A stretch of DNA of 64,000 nucleotides from a virus: IMG/VR virus record IMGVR_UViG_3300042563_002443. One strand, written 5' to 3'. Positions 46,163 to 56,565 of this stretch are shown here, piece after piece. The translations under genes and the position numbers were made by a program. Under the pieces are notes generated by a model that worked only from the letters and a program-made list of their open reading frames with translations, did no database searches and was not told where the DNA came from. The stretch's first letter is position 1. Each line of letters opens with the position of its first letter.

Positions 46163-46563
46163 CACAAATTGCAATAATTGGAAATACAGATTGGCAAAAC
46201 AAACGCAAAGTACAACAAACACTTCAGGAACTAAAAAAACGATTTAACGAAGATTTAATAGTTGTTGGTGCAGGAGGCACTGAAGGAGCAAATAGTATGG
46301 TTAGAAAATATTCATTAGAGTTTGGGATACAATACAAAGAATATAATCCATCATTTTCAGGACGCAACATGTATTCAGCAATGCCTGATTCATATTATGG
46401 AAAGCCATATCATTTTTCTCAGTTGCATCACCGCATGAAACTTATTGCAGAGCAATGTGATCATATGTTGATACTAACAAATGAAGATACATTGGATCCA
46501 GTATTAAAAACAGCATTCAACAACATAAATAAACTAAAAAAACCGGTTGTTATATTGGGTTGA
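46159..46563 (+). CDS. SLOG-fold (YspA / DUF2493-like) protein
   Basis: IAIIGNTDW, VVGAGGTEGANSMV, HRMKLIAEQCD, KKPVVILG. Confidence 0.6.
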   Translation: MTQIAIIGNTDWQNKRKVQQTLQELKKRFNEDLIVVGAGGTEGANSMVRKYSLEFGIQYKEYNPSFSGRNMYSAMPDSYYGKPYHFSQLHHRMKLIAEQCDHMLILTNEDTLDPVLKTAFNNINKLKKPVVILG

Positions 46564-46564
46564 T

Positions 46565-46573
46565 ATATTTATA
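46565..46573 (+). promoter_or_regulatory. Late-type motif ATATTTATA at the head of the glycan island
   Basis: Same motif as in front of the structural genes. Confidence 0.55.
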
Positions 46574-46605
46574 TAAAAGTTATAATAAAAAAGGAATAGT
46601 TACAA

Positions 46606-48099
46606 ATGGAATTACCGAAATTACAAAAGTTCGATCCGAACAAACCAACAAAAAAGAAAATTTTATTGTTAGGCGATGATTTTCGTTTACCATCCGGTAT
46701 CGGAACAATCAGCAAAGAAATTATTTTTAATACAGTTAAAGAATTTGATTGGGTTCAATTAGGAGCCGCAATGCAACATCCTGATGCAGGGCAAGCATTT
46801 GACCTTTCTGCTGAAGTCGTCAAAGAAACAGGCATTGAAGATGCATCTGTTAAATTGATTCCATGGAACGGTTATGGAGATCGAAATATTCTTTTTGCAA
46901 TTATCAATCGAGAACAACCAGACGCAATCCTACACTTTACAGATCCTCGTTATTGGACATGGTTATATGCAATCGAACATGAAATAAAAACAACATTCAA
47001 TATTCCAATTACATATTATTCTATTTGGGATGATTTACCATATCCTATGTGGAATGCTCCTTTTTACGGTAGCTGCGATATGATTATGGGAATAAGCAAA
47101 CAATCAGATAATATACATAGAGAAGTTCTTAAACAGAACGGATTTGGGGTGATTAATTATGATGAATCAGACGATTTACCGGCAATAAAAAAATGGAACT
47201 CTGTTTTAACCGGATATGTACCTCACGGATTGAATCATAACATGTTTAAACCATTAGATTCAAACGATGCCGGATATATTGCAATGCACAAACAAATTAA
47301 AGATGCAAACAAAGTTGATTTTGTTGTAATGTGGAATAATCGAAACATAAGAAGAAAACAACCAGGCGATGTTATTTTAGCATTCAAAACATTTGTAGAT
47401 TTGTTACCAACCGATCAACAAAGCAAAGTAGCATTATTAATGCATACACAACCGGTTGATGAAAATGGAACAGACCTTAAGGCTGTTTGGAAAGCTATAG
47501 CTCCTAATTGTAAAGTAATTTTTTCAGAACAAAAATTATCAACACCTGATCTTAATGCAATGTATAATGTTGCAGATGTAGTAATAAACATTGGGTCTAA
47601 TGAGGGATGGGGACTTAGTTCAACTGAAGCAATGTTGTCAGGAACACCGATTATTAACAATGTAACAGGAGGATTGCAGGATCAATGTGGATTTGAAGAT
47701 GAAAACGGAGAATGGCTTCGATTCGATGGCGATTTTGCAACTAACCATACCGGCAAATACAAGAAACATGGTATATGGGTTAAACCAGTATTTCCTAGCA
47801 ATAGAAGTTTGCAAGGATCACCGCAAACACCATATATCTTTGATGACCGCGCAAAATATGAAGATGTTGCAGACGCAATTGCATATTGGTACGAACTTTC
47901 TCAAGAAAAACGTGCAGCGTGTGGGTTCGAAGGAAGAACATGGGCATTAGCTAATGGTTTAACGGCAGAACAAATGGGACAAAAAATGATTTCAATGTAT
48001 CGCGATTTATTTGCAATGAATAGAGAATTTAGACCGTTATACACTGTAACTAAAACACAAACAATTAAATATGAACGAACAGGAATAGTAGCACAATGA
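46606..48099 (+). CDS. GT-B (GT4-like) glycosyltransferase
   Basis: LLLGDDFRLPSGIG, NNRNIRRKQPGD, NEGWGLSSTEAMLSGTPII. Confidence 0.85.
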   Translation: MELPKLQKFDPNKPTKKKILLLGDDFRLPSGIGTISKEIIFNTVKEFDWVQLGAAMQHPDAGQAFDLSAEVVKETGIEDASVKLIPWNGYGDRNILFAIINREQPDAILHFTDPRYWTWLYAIEHEIKTTFNIPITYYSIWDDLPYPMWNAPFYGSCDMIMGISKQSDNIHREVLKQNGFGVINYDESDDLPAIKKWNSVLTGYVPHGLNHNMFKPLDSNDAGYIAMHKQIKDANKVDFVVMWNNRNIRRKQPGDVILAFKTFVDLLPTDQQSKVALLMHTQPVDENGTDLKAVWKAIAPNCKVIFSEQKLSTPDLNAMYNVADVVINIGSNEGWGLSSTEAMLSGTPIINNVTGGLQDQCGFEDENGEWLRFDGDFATNHTGKYKKHGIWVKPVFPSNRSLQGSPQTPYIFDDRAKYEDVADAIAYWYELSQEKRAACGFEGRTWALANGLTAEQMGQKMISMYRDLFAMNREFRPLYTVTKTQTIKYERTGIVAQ

Positions 48100-49331
48100 G
48101 AAAAGTAGTTATAGCGTCGCCAGTAGCGACACAATCAGGTTATGGACATCACGCGCGTGAAATTATAACAAATATTATTGAACAACGAGGATCTGAATGG
48201 GACGTAAAACTAGTTTCATTGCCATGGGGACATACTCCAATGACATATCCAATTTCCGTAGATTTACAATTACGTATAATTGCATTGCCATTAAATGAAC
48301 AGCCTGAAGTTTGGATTCAAGTATCAGTGCCAAATGAATTTCAACCGGTTGGAAAATATAATATTGGAGTTACTGCCGGCACCGAAGGAGATATTTGTCC
48401 AGAAGCATGGATCGATAATCTTAATGCAATGCAGTTAATTATTGTACCGTCTGAATTTACTAAAGCAGTATTTGAAAACACAGCAAAACAAAAGAACAAA
48501 TTAATTACGACGCCTATAGAAGTAGTCCCAGAATATTTTGATGAAACCATATACAACAACAAATCAATTACAGCTTCTATACCAGACTTAAATTCAATTG
48601 AAGAATCATTTGCATTCCTATCGGTAGGACATTGGTTGCAAGGTGATGCTGGAGAAGACCGCAAAAATATTAGTGGTATGTTGCATTGTTTCTTCAATAC
48701 ATTTAAAGATACTAAAAATCCACCTGCTTTAATCATGAAAACTAGTGGCGCAACATATAGTATTATGGACAAAATGGATATTGAAAATAGAATCAATCAA
48801 TTCCGTGATATGTTTCCTAATGCAAAATTACCAAATGTATACTTAGTTCATGGAGAATTAACAGATGAAGAAATGAATGCATTGTATAATCATCCAAAAG
48901 TTAAAGCAATGGTTTCTTTTACAAAAGCAGAAGGATTTGGAAGACCATTATTAGAGTTTTCAACTACCAGCAAGCCAATCATTGCTCCACATTATTCCGG
49001 CCAAGCAGACTTTTTGAAAAAAGATTTTATATGTGCCTTACCGGGACAATTGACACCAATTCATCCGTCTGCTGCAAATGAATTTTTAATTGCTGAAGCA
49101 AAATGGTTTACTCCTGATTACGGGCAAGCCATGGCTATGATGCAAGATGTACAAAAAAATTATAAAAAATGGTGTGAATTAGCAAAACGTCAACGATATT
49201 TTGTTAATACTACATTTACTCGTACAGCTGTTGCTAAAACATATGAAACTGTGTTGAGTGTTATTGATGACGGCGTTAACAAGATTCCAAAGGCTATTGA
49301 ATTAAAATTACCTAAATTGCAAAAGATATGA
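48096..49331 (+). CDS. GT-B (GT4-like) glycosyltransferase
   Basis: SGYGHHARE, FLSVGHW, DRKNI, KAEGFGRPLLEF. Confidence 0.85.
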   Translation: MRKVVIASPVATQSGYGHHAREIITNIIEQRGSEWDVKLVSLPWGHTPMTYPISVDLQLRIIALPLNEQPEVWIQVSVPNEFQPVGKYNIGVTAGTEGDICPEAWIDNLNAMQLIIVPSEFTKAVFENTAKQKNKLITTPIEVVPEYFDETIYNNKSITASIPDLNSIEESFAFLSVGHWLQGDAGEDRKNISGMLHCFFNTFKDTKNPPALIMKTSGATYSIMDKMDIENRINQFRDMFPNAKLPNVYLVHGELTDEEMNALYNHPKVKAMVSFTKAEGFGRPLLEFSTTSKPIIAPHYSGQADFLKKDFICALPGQLTPIHPSAANEFLIAEAKWFTPDYGQAMAMMQDVQKNYKKWCELAKRQRYFVNTTFTRTAVAKTYETVLSVIDDGVNKIPKAIELKLPKLQKI

Positions 49332-49951
49332 AAATAACATATGCCGTTACGGTATGTAATGAGTTTATTGAAATTCAAAGACTTGTGCATCACTTACTTA
49401 AGAATAAACGAGCACAGGATGACATTGTTATCTTATATGACTCTAAAAACGGAAATGCTGATATTGAAACATTTCTCCGGTCACATAGCGTAAATGGAGA
49501 ATTTATGTGGCACAAGAGTGAGTTTGAAGGCCATTTTGCTAATTGGAAAAATAAACTAACTAGCTACTGTACAGGAGATTATATTTTTCAAATAGATGCA
49601 GATGAACTACCTACTAAAACATTACTAGAATATTTACCTGATATTATTGAGGGTAACCCAACAGTAGATGTGTTATTAGTACCTCGAATTAACACAGTAG
49701 AAGGATTAACAGATAAACATATTCAACAATGGGGATGGAATGTTAATTCAAATGGATGGGTAAATTTCCCCGACTATCAATGGCGCATATGGCAAAATAA
49801 ACCAGAAATTAAATGGAAAAATAAAGTACATGAGGTGTTAGCCGGTTATAAAATAATGTCTACATTACCTTCGAAAGAAGAGTATTGTTTACATCACCCG
49901 AAAACAATAGATAAACAAGAAAAACAAAATAACTATTACGATACGTTATAG
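49328..49951 (+). CDS. GT2-family glycosyltransferase
   Basis: ITYAVTVCNE, FANWKN, YIFQIDADE, NKVHE. Confidence 0.85.
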   Translation: MKITYAVTVCNEFIEIQRLVHHLLKNKRAQDDIVILYDSKNGNADIETFLRSHSVNGEFMWHKSEFEGHFANWKNKLTSYCTGDYIFQIDADELPTKTLLEYLPDIIEGNPTVDVLLVPRINTVEGLTDKHIQQWGWNVNSNGWVNFPDYQWRIWQNKPEIKWKNKVHEVLAGYKIMSTLPSKEEYCLHHPKTIDKQEKQNNYYDTL

Positions 49952-49956
49952 ATGAT

Positions 49957-50757
49957 ATGAAAATGATTACTTCGAAATTAATGGGTGGTTTAGGCAATAT
50001 GCTATTCCAAATTGCAGCAGGATATGCATTATCAAAAAGAACAGAATCTGAATATTTAATCAATACACAATATACAAAAATTGGCCATGGACATTCAAGA
50101 CCAAAACCACCGAGTGATTATCTAGATACAATTTTTAATAAACTTATCCCATATACTCATAACCATAATCTAATTAAATTTCACGAACCAAGTTTTCGAT
50201 ATACGCCAATTGTCAATATTGCATCTAATATTATATTACATGGATATTATCAATCTTATAAATATTTTGATGATTTTGATAATGAAATACAAAAATTATT
50301 TGCACCAAATGATATTATATTAACTAAATTAAATAACAAATATCCAGTATTACAAGAAAACACCGTTTCATTGCATATACGTCGAGGCGACTATTTAACA
50401 TTATCGGATTTTCATCATAATTTATCTATTTCGTATTACTTAAATGCGATTAAACAATTTCCTGCAGGAACAAGGTATTTAGTATTTAGTGATGATATTG
50501 ATTGGTGTAAAACTGTGTTTGTTGGAAATGATTATATATTCATAGAATCAGAATCTGATATAAAAGATTTATACTTGATGTCTTTATGCAAACATAATAT
50601 TATAGCAAATTCCACTTTTAGTTGGTGGGGTGCATGGCTTAATTGTAATCCAACTAAAACAGTAATATATCCCAATCGATGGTTTGGGCCTATAACTATT
50701 AATAATTTATCAACAATAGATATGTTCCCAGAAAATTGGGTATGTATTAATGAATAA
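49957..50757 (+). CDS. GT11 alpha-1,2-fucosyl/colitosyltransferase-like protein
   Basis: GGLGNMLFQ, GYYQS, SLHIRRGDY, FSDDIDWC, IIANSTFSWWGAWL. Confidence 0.9.
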   Translation: MKMITSKLMGGLGNMLFQIAAGYALSKRTESEYLINTQYTKIGHGHSRPKPPSDYLDTIFNKLIPYTHNHNLIKFHEPSFRYTPIVNIASNIILHGYYQSYKYFDDFDNEIQKLFAPNDIILTKLNNKYPVLQENTVSLHIRRGDYLTLSDFHHNLSISYYLNAIKQFPAGTRYLVFSDDIDWCKTVFVGNDYIFIESESDIKDLYLMSLCKHNIIANSTFSWWGAWLNCNPTKTVIYPNRWFGPITINNLSTIDMFPENWVCINE

Positions 50758-51604
50758 CATAATTATGGAAATTAACTTATTTGATACGGCATTTGATCAT
50801 TTAGTAACAGCTGATGGCAAATATTCACACGTTTTCTCTAAAAGCACAAACTATACAACATATGTAAAAAATCAAAGTAATTGGCAAGGAATTACATTGT
50901 TTACTGATAGTTTTATAAATTCAGGCACTGCTACCAGAATTAATAGTAAATACAAGATTGGTTGGTTAATGGAGTCTCGAGAATTACATCCTCATTTTTA
51001 TAATACGTTTGATCAATATAAAGATCATTATGATTTTGTACTAACCCATGATCCTGACTTATTAAAAACCTATCCGGAGAAAACTAAAATGTACCCAATT
51101 GGCGGCTGTTGGATTAATGAATCCAATTGGAAAATTCATGACAAAACAAAGTTAGTTTCGATGATATACTCGGGACGACAACAATTAACTGGACATCGAT
51201 TACGACACGTAATTGCAAATAGATTTCAATCATCTGGGATTGATTATTATGGACATGGATCTGCCAGACCATTAGTCAACAAAGAAGATGGATTACAAGA
51301 TTATCAGTTTTCAATAATAATAGAAAATTCGAATCAATTAAATTATTTTACCGAAAAAATTGTAGATTGTTTAGTTGTAGGAACAATACCAATATATTGG
51401 GGCTGTCCCAATATATCAGAATTTTTTAATACCGATGGTTTTATTTGTTTTACCTCAACTGATGAACTAGATGATATTTTGGCATCACTTACTCCAGAAT
51501 TATATGAATTAAAATTAAAATATGCATATGAAAATTTAGAATTAGCAAAACAATATGCAGTGACAGAAGATTGGTTGTTTAAAAATATATTTACTACGTT
51601 ATGA
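50750..51604 (+). CDS. GT10 fucosyltransferase-like protein
   Basis: YQFSIIIENS...YFTEKIVDCLVVGTIPIYWG. Confidence 0.8.
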   Translation: MNNIIMEINLFDTAFDHLVTADGKYSHVFSKSTNYTTYVKNQSNWQGITLFTDSFINSGTATRINSKYKIGWLMESRELHPHFYNTFDQYKDHYDFVLTHDPDLLKTYPEKTKMYPIGGCWINESNWKIHDKTKLVSMIYSGRQQLTGHRLRHVIANRFQSSGIDYYGHGSARPLVNKEDGLQDYQFSIIIENSNQLNYFTEKIVDCLVVGTIPIYWGCPNISEFFNTDGFICFTSTDELDDILASLTPELYELKLKYAYENLELAKQYAVTEDWLFKNIFTTL

Positions 51605-52098
51605 TATTTCCAGAAGTTACCGTATATCAGCCAGATATTTTTACTGATTTTAGGGGCGATTTATTAACTATTTGGAATCAGGATGACTTTGAACCAAAAC
51701 TAAATTTTAAACATGATAAAATATCATCATCTAGACAAAATGTAATAAGAGGATTACACGGAGATAATAAATCGTGGAAACTAACTAGTTGTTTGTCTGG
51801 AGAATTATATTTTATCGTAGTAGACAATCGTTGCGATTCTGTAAACTATCTAAAGTGGGATTGGATAATATTAGATGACAAAAGCAGAAAACAAGTATTA
51901 ACTCCCCCTGGGTTTGCAATTGGATTCTTAGTATTAAGCAAACAAGCATTACTTCATTATAAATGGGCATATGACGGAGCATATGCAGATGTAGATGATC
52001 AGTTTACATTAAAATGGAATGATCCTAACATTAATATTTATTGGCCTATTGTTTCGCCGATATTATCACAACGAGATACAAAAACTAAACTAATATAA
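51601..52098 (+). CDS. rmlC: dTDP-4-dehydrorhamnose 3,5-epimerase-like (cupin)
   Basis: FTDFRG, IRGLHGD, PPGFAIGF, WNDP...WP...PILSQRD. Confidence 0.8.
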   Translation: MIFPEVTVYQPDIFTDFRGDLLTIWNQDDFEPKLNFKHDKISSSRQNVIRGLHGDNKSWKLTSCLSGELYFIVVDNRCDSVNYLKWDWIILDDKSRKQVLTPPGFAIGFLVLSKQALLHYKWAYDGAYADVDDQFTLKWNDPNINIYWPIVSPILSQRDTKTKLI

Positions 52099-52102
52099 AT
52101 TT

Positions 52103-52846
52103 ATGGAAAAAGAAATTAGAAAATTAATTGTAGACGCAGCATTTCATGCTAAGCATGGCCATATGCCTAGCGCGTTATCAATTGTAGATATCATGTGTGC
52201 ATTACATGAAATCATGACGATAGACGATATTTTTATTTTAAGTAAAGGGCACGGATGCTTAGCATATTATGCATACTTGGTTATGTGTGGTGAGTTAACA
52301 ATTGATGAACTTCGTAACTTCGGTAAGACCGGCAGCAAACTAGGAGGACATCCAGATAAAAATAAAATTAGCAAAGTATATACATCAACTGGATCGTTAG
52401 GCCAAGGCTTACCAACAGCAATTGGGGCAGCATTGTCAAGAAAAATATTAAATAAACCAGGAAAATTTTATTGTATAGTTGGCGATGGCGAATGTAATGA
52501 GGGGAGTATATGGGAAGCTGTGATGTTAGCAGTTGAACATAAATTAGATAATTTAGTTTGTATTGTCGATTACAATCAATCTCAAATTCGTTCACTACCC
52601 GTATCTAATTTGAAAAATAAATTTCAATCATTTGGATGTAACTCAATTGAAACAAATGGTCACAACATAAAAGAAATTATACAATCATTAATAAATACAA
52701 AGGAAAATATGCCTACATTTGTTATTGCGAATACTATAAAAGGAAAAGGAATCAGCCAGTTAGAATCAAATATGTTTACTTGGCATCATAAAGCTCCTAC
52801 ATTAGAAGAATATACACAATTTATACAAGAAATATATGAGAACTAA
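52103..52846 (+). CDS. Transketolase-like protein, N-terminal (TPP-binding) subunit
   Basis: GHMPSALS, LSKGHG, LGGHP, STGSLGQGL, GDGECNEGSIWEA, NTIKGKG. Confidence 0.9.
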   Translation: MEKEIRKLIVDAAFHAKHGHMPSALSIVDIMCALHEIMTIDDIFILSKGHGCLAYYAYLVMCGELTIDELRNFGKTGSKLGGHPDKNKISKVYTSTGSLGQGLPTAIGAALSRKILNKPGKFYCIVGDGECNEGSIWEAVMLAVEHKLDNLVCIVDYNQSQIRSLPVSNLKNKFQSFGCNSIETNGHNIKEIIQSLINTKENMPTFVIANTIKGKGISQLESNMFTWHHKAPTLEEYTQFIQEIYEN

Positions 52847-53705
52847 ATTCGCGGAAATTTGTAAAAATATTATACAAGCTGATGACAAATCTGTGATATT
52901 AATCGGAGATATTAGTCACTACTTATTACGGGATGCACAAGAATGCGCCCCCGCAAGATTTTTTAATATAGGAATCTGCGAACAATCGACAGTTAATGTT
53001 GCTGCTGGAATGGCACTAGAAGGAATGCGACCAATCATACATACAATTGCGCCATTTGTTGTAGAACGAGCATATGAACAAATAAAAATTGGTCTAGGAT
53101 ACCAAAAAACCGATGTAACAATTATTACAGTTGGCGGAACATATGACTATGCCGATTTAGGTTGCACACATCATTGTTATAGTGATATTGCATTGATGAG
53201 ATGCATTCCGGGCATGCATGTATATGAGCCCGGTACCGCTTCTGAATTTGAACAATTATTTACTCAATCTTGGTCCAATGGCAATCCTAAGTATTTTCGA
53301 TTATCAAACCATTCTCATACTCAGAATTTTACAGTTAACTCTGATGAAATTAATATTATTAGAAAGTCTAAAAATAATAAGTACGTTTTTGTATCAGGCC
53401 ACTTATTAGATGATGTATTACAAGACGACGAAATTGGAATATTATATGTTTCTACATTGTCAAATATATCATTAACTTCTATCAATGAAATTTCAAAATT
53501 ATTTAACAATGAGAGTAAAATATTTTCAGTGGAGAATCATTTTATAACTGGCGGCTTAGGTGATTTAATAAGTTCTACATTTAATATACCTGTAACTAGA
53601 ATTGGTATACAAAATAAATTTATTACTGAATACGGGACGTATGATGACTTAAGGATTGCTTCAGGTATAGATACTGCCACAATATTAAACAAATTAAAAT
53701 CATGA
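52836..53705 (+). CDS. Transketolase-like protein, C-terminal subunit
   Basis: FFNIGICEQ, AAGMALEG, RAYEQIK, GCTHH, ENHFITGGLG. Confidence 0.88.
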   Translation: MRTKFAEICKNIIQADDKSVILIGDISHYLLRDAQECAPARFFNIGICEQSTVNVAAGMALEGMRPIIHTIAPFVVERAYEQIKIGLGYQKTDVTIITVGGTYDYADLGCTHHCYSDIALMRCIPGMHVYEPGTASEFEQLFTQSWSNGNPKYFRLSNHSHTQNFTVNSDEINIIRKSKNNKYVFVSGHLLDDVLQDDEIGILYVSTLSNISLTSINEISKLFNNESKIFSVENHFITGGLGDLISSTFNIPVTRIGIQNKFITEYGTYDDLRIASGIDTATILNKLKS

Positions 53706-54718
53706 AACCAGACTACGAAAAAATTATATCACAAATAGATTTATCAAATTTAATTAATTCTAATATTTTAATTACGGGTGCTAATGGACTCATTGGAGGT
53801 TTTTTGGCAGATTTGTTTGCATATCTAAATGATACATATGACTATAATATTAAACTAACATTAACAAGTTTATCGAAGATACCAATCAGGATAAAACATT
53901 TATTAATTAGAAATGATGTTACTTATATAAGTACCGATTTATCAGTTGAGGCTATAACGATCAAGGATGTTGACTTTTGTTTTTATTGCGCCGGGTATGC
54001 ACAACCATCAAAGTTTTTATCCCAATCAATGACTACCTTATTACTTAATTCATACGGCGTAGCTAATACATTTGATAACATTTTTTTGAGTAATCCAAAA
54101 GCAACGTGTATATATTTAAGTAGTTCAGAAATATATTCAGCATCTGATAAACAAACAGCCCATACCGAATTAGATAATATCAATATTGATATGAACAATA
54201 AACGAAACTTTTATATCTTGGGAAAAGTTAATGGCGAATTAATTGTTAATAATTTACGGAATCAAGGATATAATGCAATATCTGCCAGAGTTTCATTATG
54301 TTACGGCCCAGGAGTGTTAGAAGATGATTCTAGAGTGTTAAGCGAATTAGCACAGAAAGCACACAGTTTAGATGATGTAATACAATTATTTGATGATGGC
54401 AGTGCTAAACGAAGATATTTACATGTTACTGATTTTACATTAATGTTATTGAATATTGCATTGCGTGGCACTCAAAACGTATATAACATATGCGGAGAAG
54501 AAGAATGTACTATTTATGATTTAGCTAAAATTATCGGATCTGCTACAAACAAAAAAATTGTAAAGGGTACATTGAATAATGTAGTAGCTACTTCGGCGCC
54601 GAATGTTGTATGGAACTCATTAGATCGATACACCTCAGAATTTGGTAAGTTTCAATTTAAATCATTAAATACTGGAGTTATTGAATTTATAACATGGTAT
54701 AATACAATACTAAAATAA
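53702..54718 (+). CDS. NAD-dependent epimerase/dehydratase (extended SDR)
   Basis: LITGANGLIG, YLSSSEIY, YILGK, CYGPG. Confidence 0.85.
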   Translation: MKPDYEKIISQIDLSNLINSNILITGANGLIGGFLADLFAYLNDTYDYNIKLTLTSLSKIPIRIKHLLIRNDVTYISTDLSVEAITIKDVDFCFYCAGYAQPSKFLSQSMTTLLLNSYGVANTFDNIFLSNPKATCIYLSSSEIYSASDKQTAHTELDNINIDMNNKRNFYILGKVNGELIVNNLRNQGYNAISARVSLCYGPGVLEDDSRVLSELAQKAHSLDDVIQLFDDGSAKRRYLHVTDFTLMLLNIALRGTQNVYNICGEEECTIYDLAKIIGSATNKKIVKGTLNNVVATSAPNVVWNSLDRYTSEFGKFQFKSLNTGVIEFITWYNTILK

Positions 54719-54730
54719 AAATACAAAAAT

Positions 54731-55348
54731 ATGAAATTTTACGTACCATTCGATGTCAATGTATATAATAATTTTGTTCATGACAATAACACACGCGGAT
54801 TACAAACATTATATAATTTAAACTCGGAGTCACTTGTTATAGATGCTGGAGGATATAATGGAGAATTTACAGAAACAATACATGCAAAATATAATTGTTC
54901 GGTGCATATATTTGAGCCAATAAAATCAATGTTTGATGCATTAGAATCTAAATTTAGTTCAAATCCAAAAATTATCGTTAATCAACTAGGATTATCAAAT
55001 TCAACTAGAGATGATATAATTTATCTAGATAATGATGGATCTTCGTTGTATGGTACTGGTGATTCTGAAACAATTCAGTGTATTGACGTTTCTAAATATT
55101 TACAGTTAAATAAAATACAGTTAGTCGATTTATTTAAGTTAAATATAGAAGGCGCTGAATATGATGTAATAGAGCGATTAATTGATCAAAAGCAACTAAC
55201 GACTATAAAAAACTTGCAAGTGCAGTTTCACAGATTTATCCCAGATTGCGACATACGTAGAGCAAATATTCATAAACAACTATCTAAGACACATACACTA
55301 ACATGGAATCATGATTGGATTTGGGAAAGCTGGGCAATAATTGAATAG
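54731..55348 (+). CDS. FkbM-family methyltransferase
   Basis: VIDAGGYNGEF, FEP, LFKLNIEGAEY, QVQFH. Confidence 0.85.
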   Translation: MKFYVPFDVNVYNNFVHDNNTRGLQTLYNLNSESLVIDAGGYNGEFTETIHAKYNCSVHIFEPIKSMFDALESKFSSNPKIIVNQLGLSNSTRDDIIYLDNDGSSLYGTGDSETIQCIDVSKYLQLNKIQLVDLFKLNIEGAEYDVIERLIDQKQLTTIKNLQVQFHRFIPDCDIRRANIHKQLSKTHTLTWNHDWIWESWAIIE

Positions 55349-55401
55349 AGGTTAATTTGGATTAATCAAATAATTTAATTATATTAATAAAAAGAATTAC
55401 T

Positions 55402-56565
55402 ATGGATAATACAAATATACAACTAGTAAGTGATACAATCGACCGCGCCGATATCGATAGTTTAATCGAATGGCTAAAACAAGATCCGATACCTAGATTA
55501 ACAAAAGGAGAACTTACAGTTGAATTAGAAAAAAAATGGGCTAGTAAATTAGGAACAAAATATTCAGTATTTGTTAATTCAGGGTCATCAGCAATACTAT
55601 TAACATTAGCAGCATTGAAACATGCATCTGGCTTAAAAAATAATAAAATTGTTATTCCTGCATTAAGTTGGGCTACAGATGTATCGTCGCCAATATTATT
55701 AGGATATGACCCAATACTATGTGATTGTAACTTAACTGATTTATCGTGTGATTTAGAACATCTAGAGACATTATTTAATAATGAATCACCTGCAGTATTA
55801 ATACTAGTTTCTGTTTTAGGCCTAGTTCCACAAATGGATCAGATTATACAATTGTGCAATAAATATGATGTTATTTTATTAGAAGATGTATGTGAAAGTA
55901 TGGGTTCTAAGTTTAATGATAAATATTTAGGTACCTTTGGGCTAGCTTCATTTTTTTCAATGTATTTTGGCCATCATTTAAGTACAATTGAAGGTGGATT
56001 TATTAATACCAACGACGAAGATTTATATTATGCTTTGGTGATGATGCGTAGTCATGGCTGGGCAAGAGATTTGCCAGAACATAAACAAACTGAATTCAAA
56101 GAAAAATATAATTTAACTCATTTTGATAATTTATATAATTTTTACTTACCCGGAATGAATCTTAGGTCGACAGATTTACAAGCTCATATAGGTATTAGAT
56201 CGATTGATAAACTAGATAAATATTCTATTACACGCAATGCAAACTTTAATTATTATGTATCTAACATTAAAAATACCGATTTAGATATACATATATCTAC
56301 TAGAAATTTTATATCAAATTTTGCAATGCCAATTGTATGTAAAAATAAAGATACAATTGTAAATACATTGGCTAAACATAATATCGAATGTCGTCCATTA
56401 ATAGCAGGAAACTTAGCTAATAAACCATTTTGGTATGAACAATTCCCAAAACCAAAACTAAAAAATTGTGAACTAATAGACCAATACGGATTTTATATTC
56501 CAAATCACCAAAATTTAACTAACATCGATTTAGATCGAATAATACAAATAATTAATAATGATTAA
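55402..56565 (+). CDS. DegT/DnrJ-family PLP enzyme; ColD-type GDP-4-keto-6-deoxymannose 3-dehydratase candidate
   Basis: FVNSGSSA, LEDVCESMG, FSMYFGHHLSTIEGG (His where aminotransferases have Lys); adjacent to gmd. Confidence 0.75.
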   Translation: MDNTNIQLVSDTIDRADIDSLIEWLKQDPIPRLTKGELTVELEKKWASKLGTKYSVFVNSGSSAILLTLAALKHASGLKNNKIVIPALSWATDVSSPILLGYDPILCDCNLTDLSCDLEHLETLFNNESPAVLILVSVLGLVPQMDQIIQLCNKYDVILLEDVCESMGSKFNDKYLGTFGLASFFSMYFGHHLSTIEGGFINTNDEDLYYALVMMRSHGWARDLPEHKQTEFKEKYNLTHFDNLYNFYLPGMNLRSTDLQAHIGIRSIDKLDKYSITRNANFNYYVSNIKNTDLDIHISTRNFISNFAMPIVCKNKDTIVNTLAKHNIECRPLIAGNLANKPFWYEQFPKPKLKNCELIDQYGFYIPNHQNLTNIDLDRIIQIINND

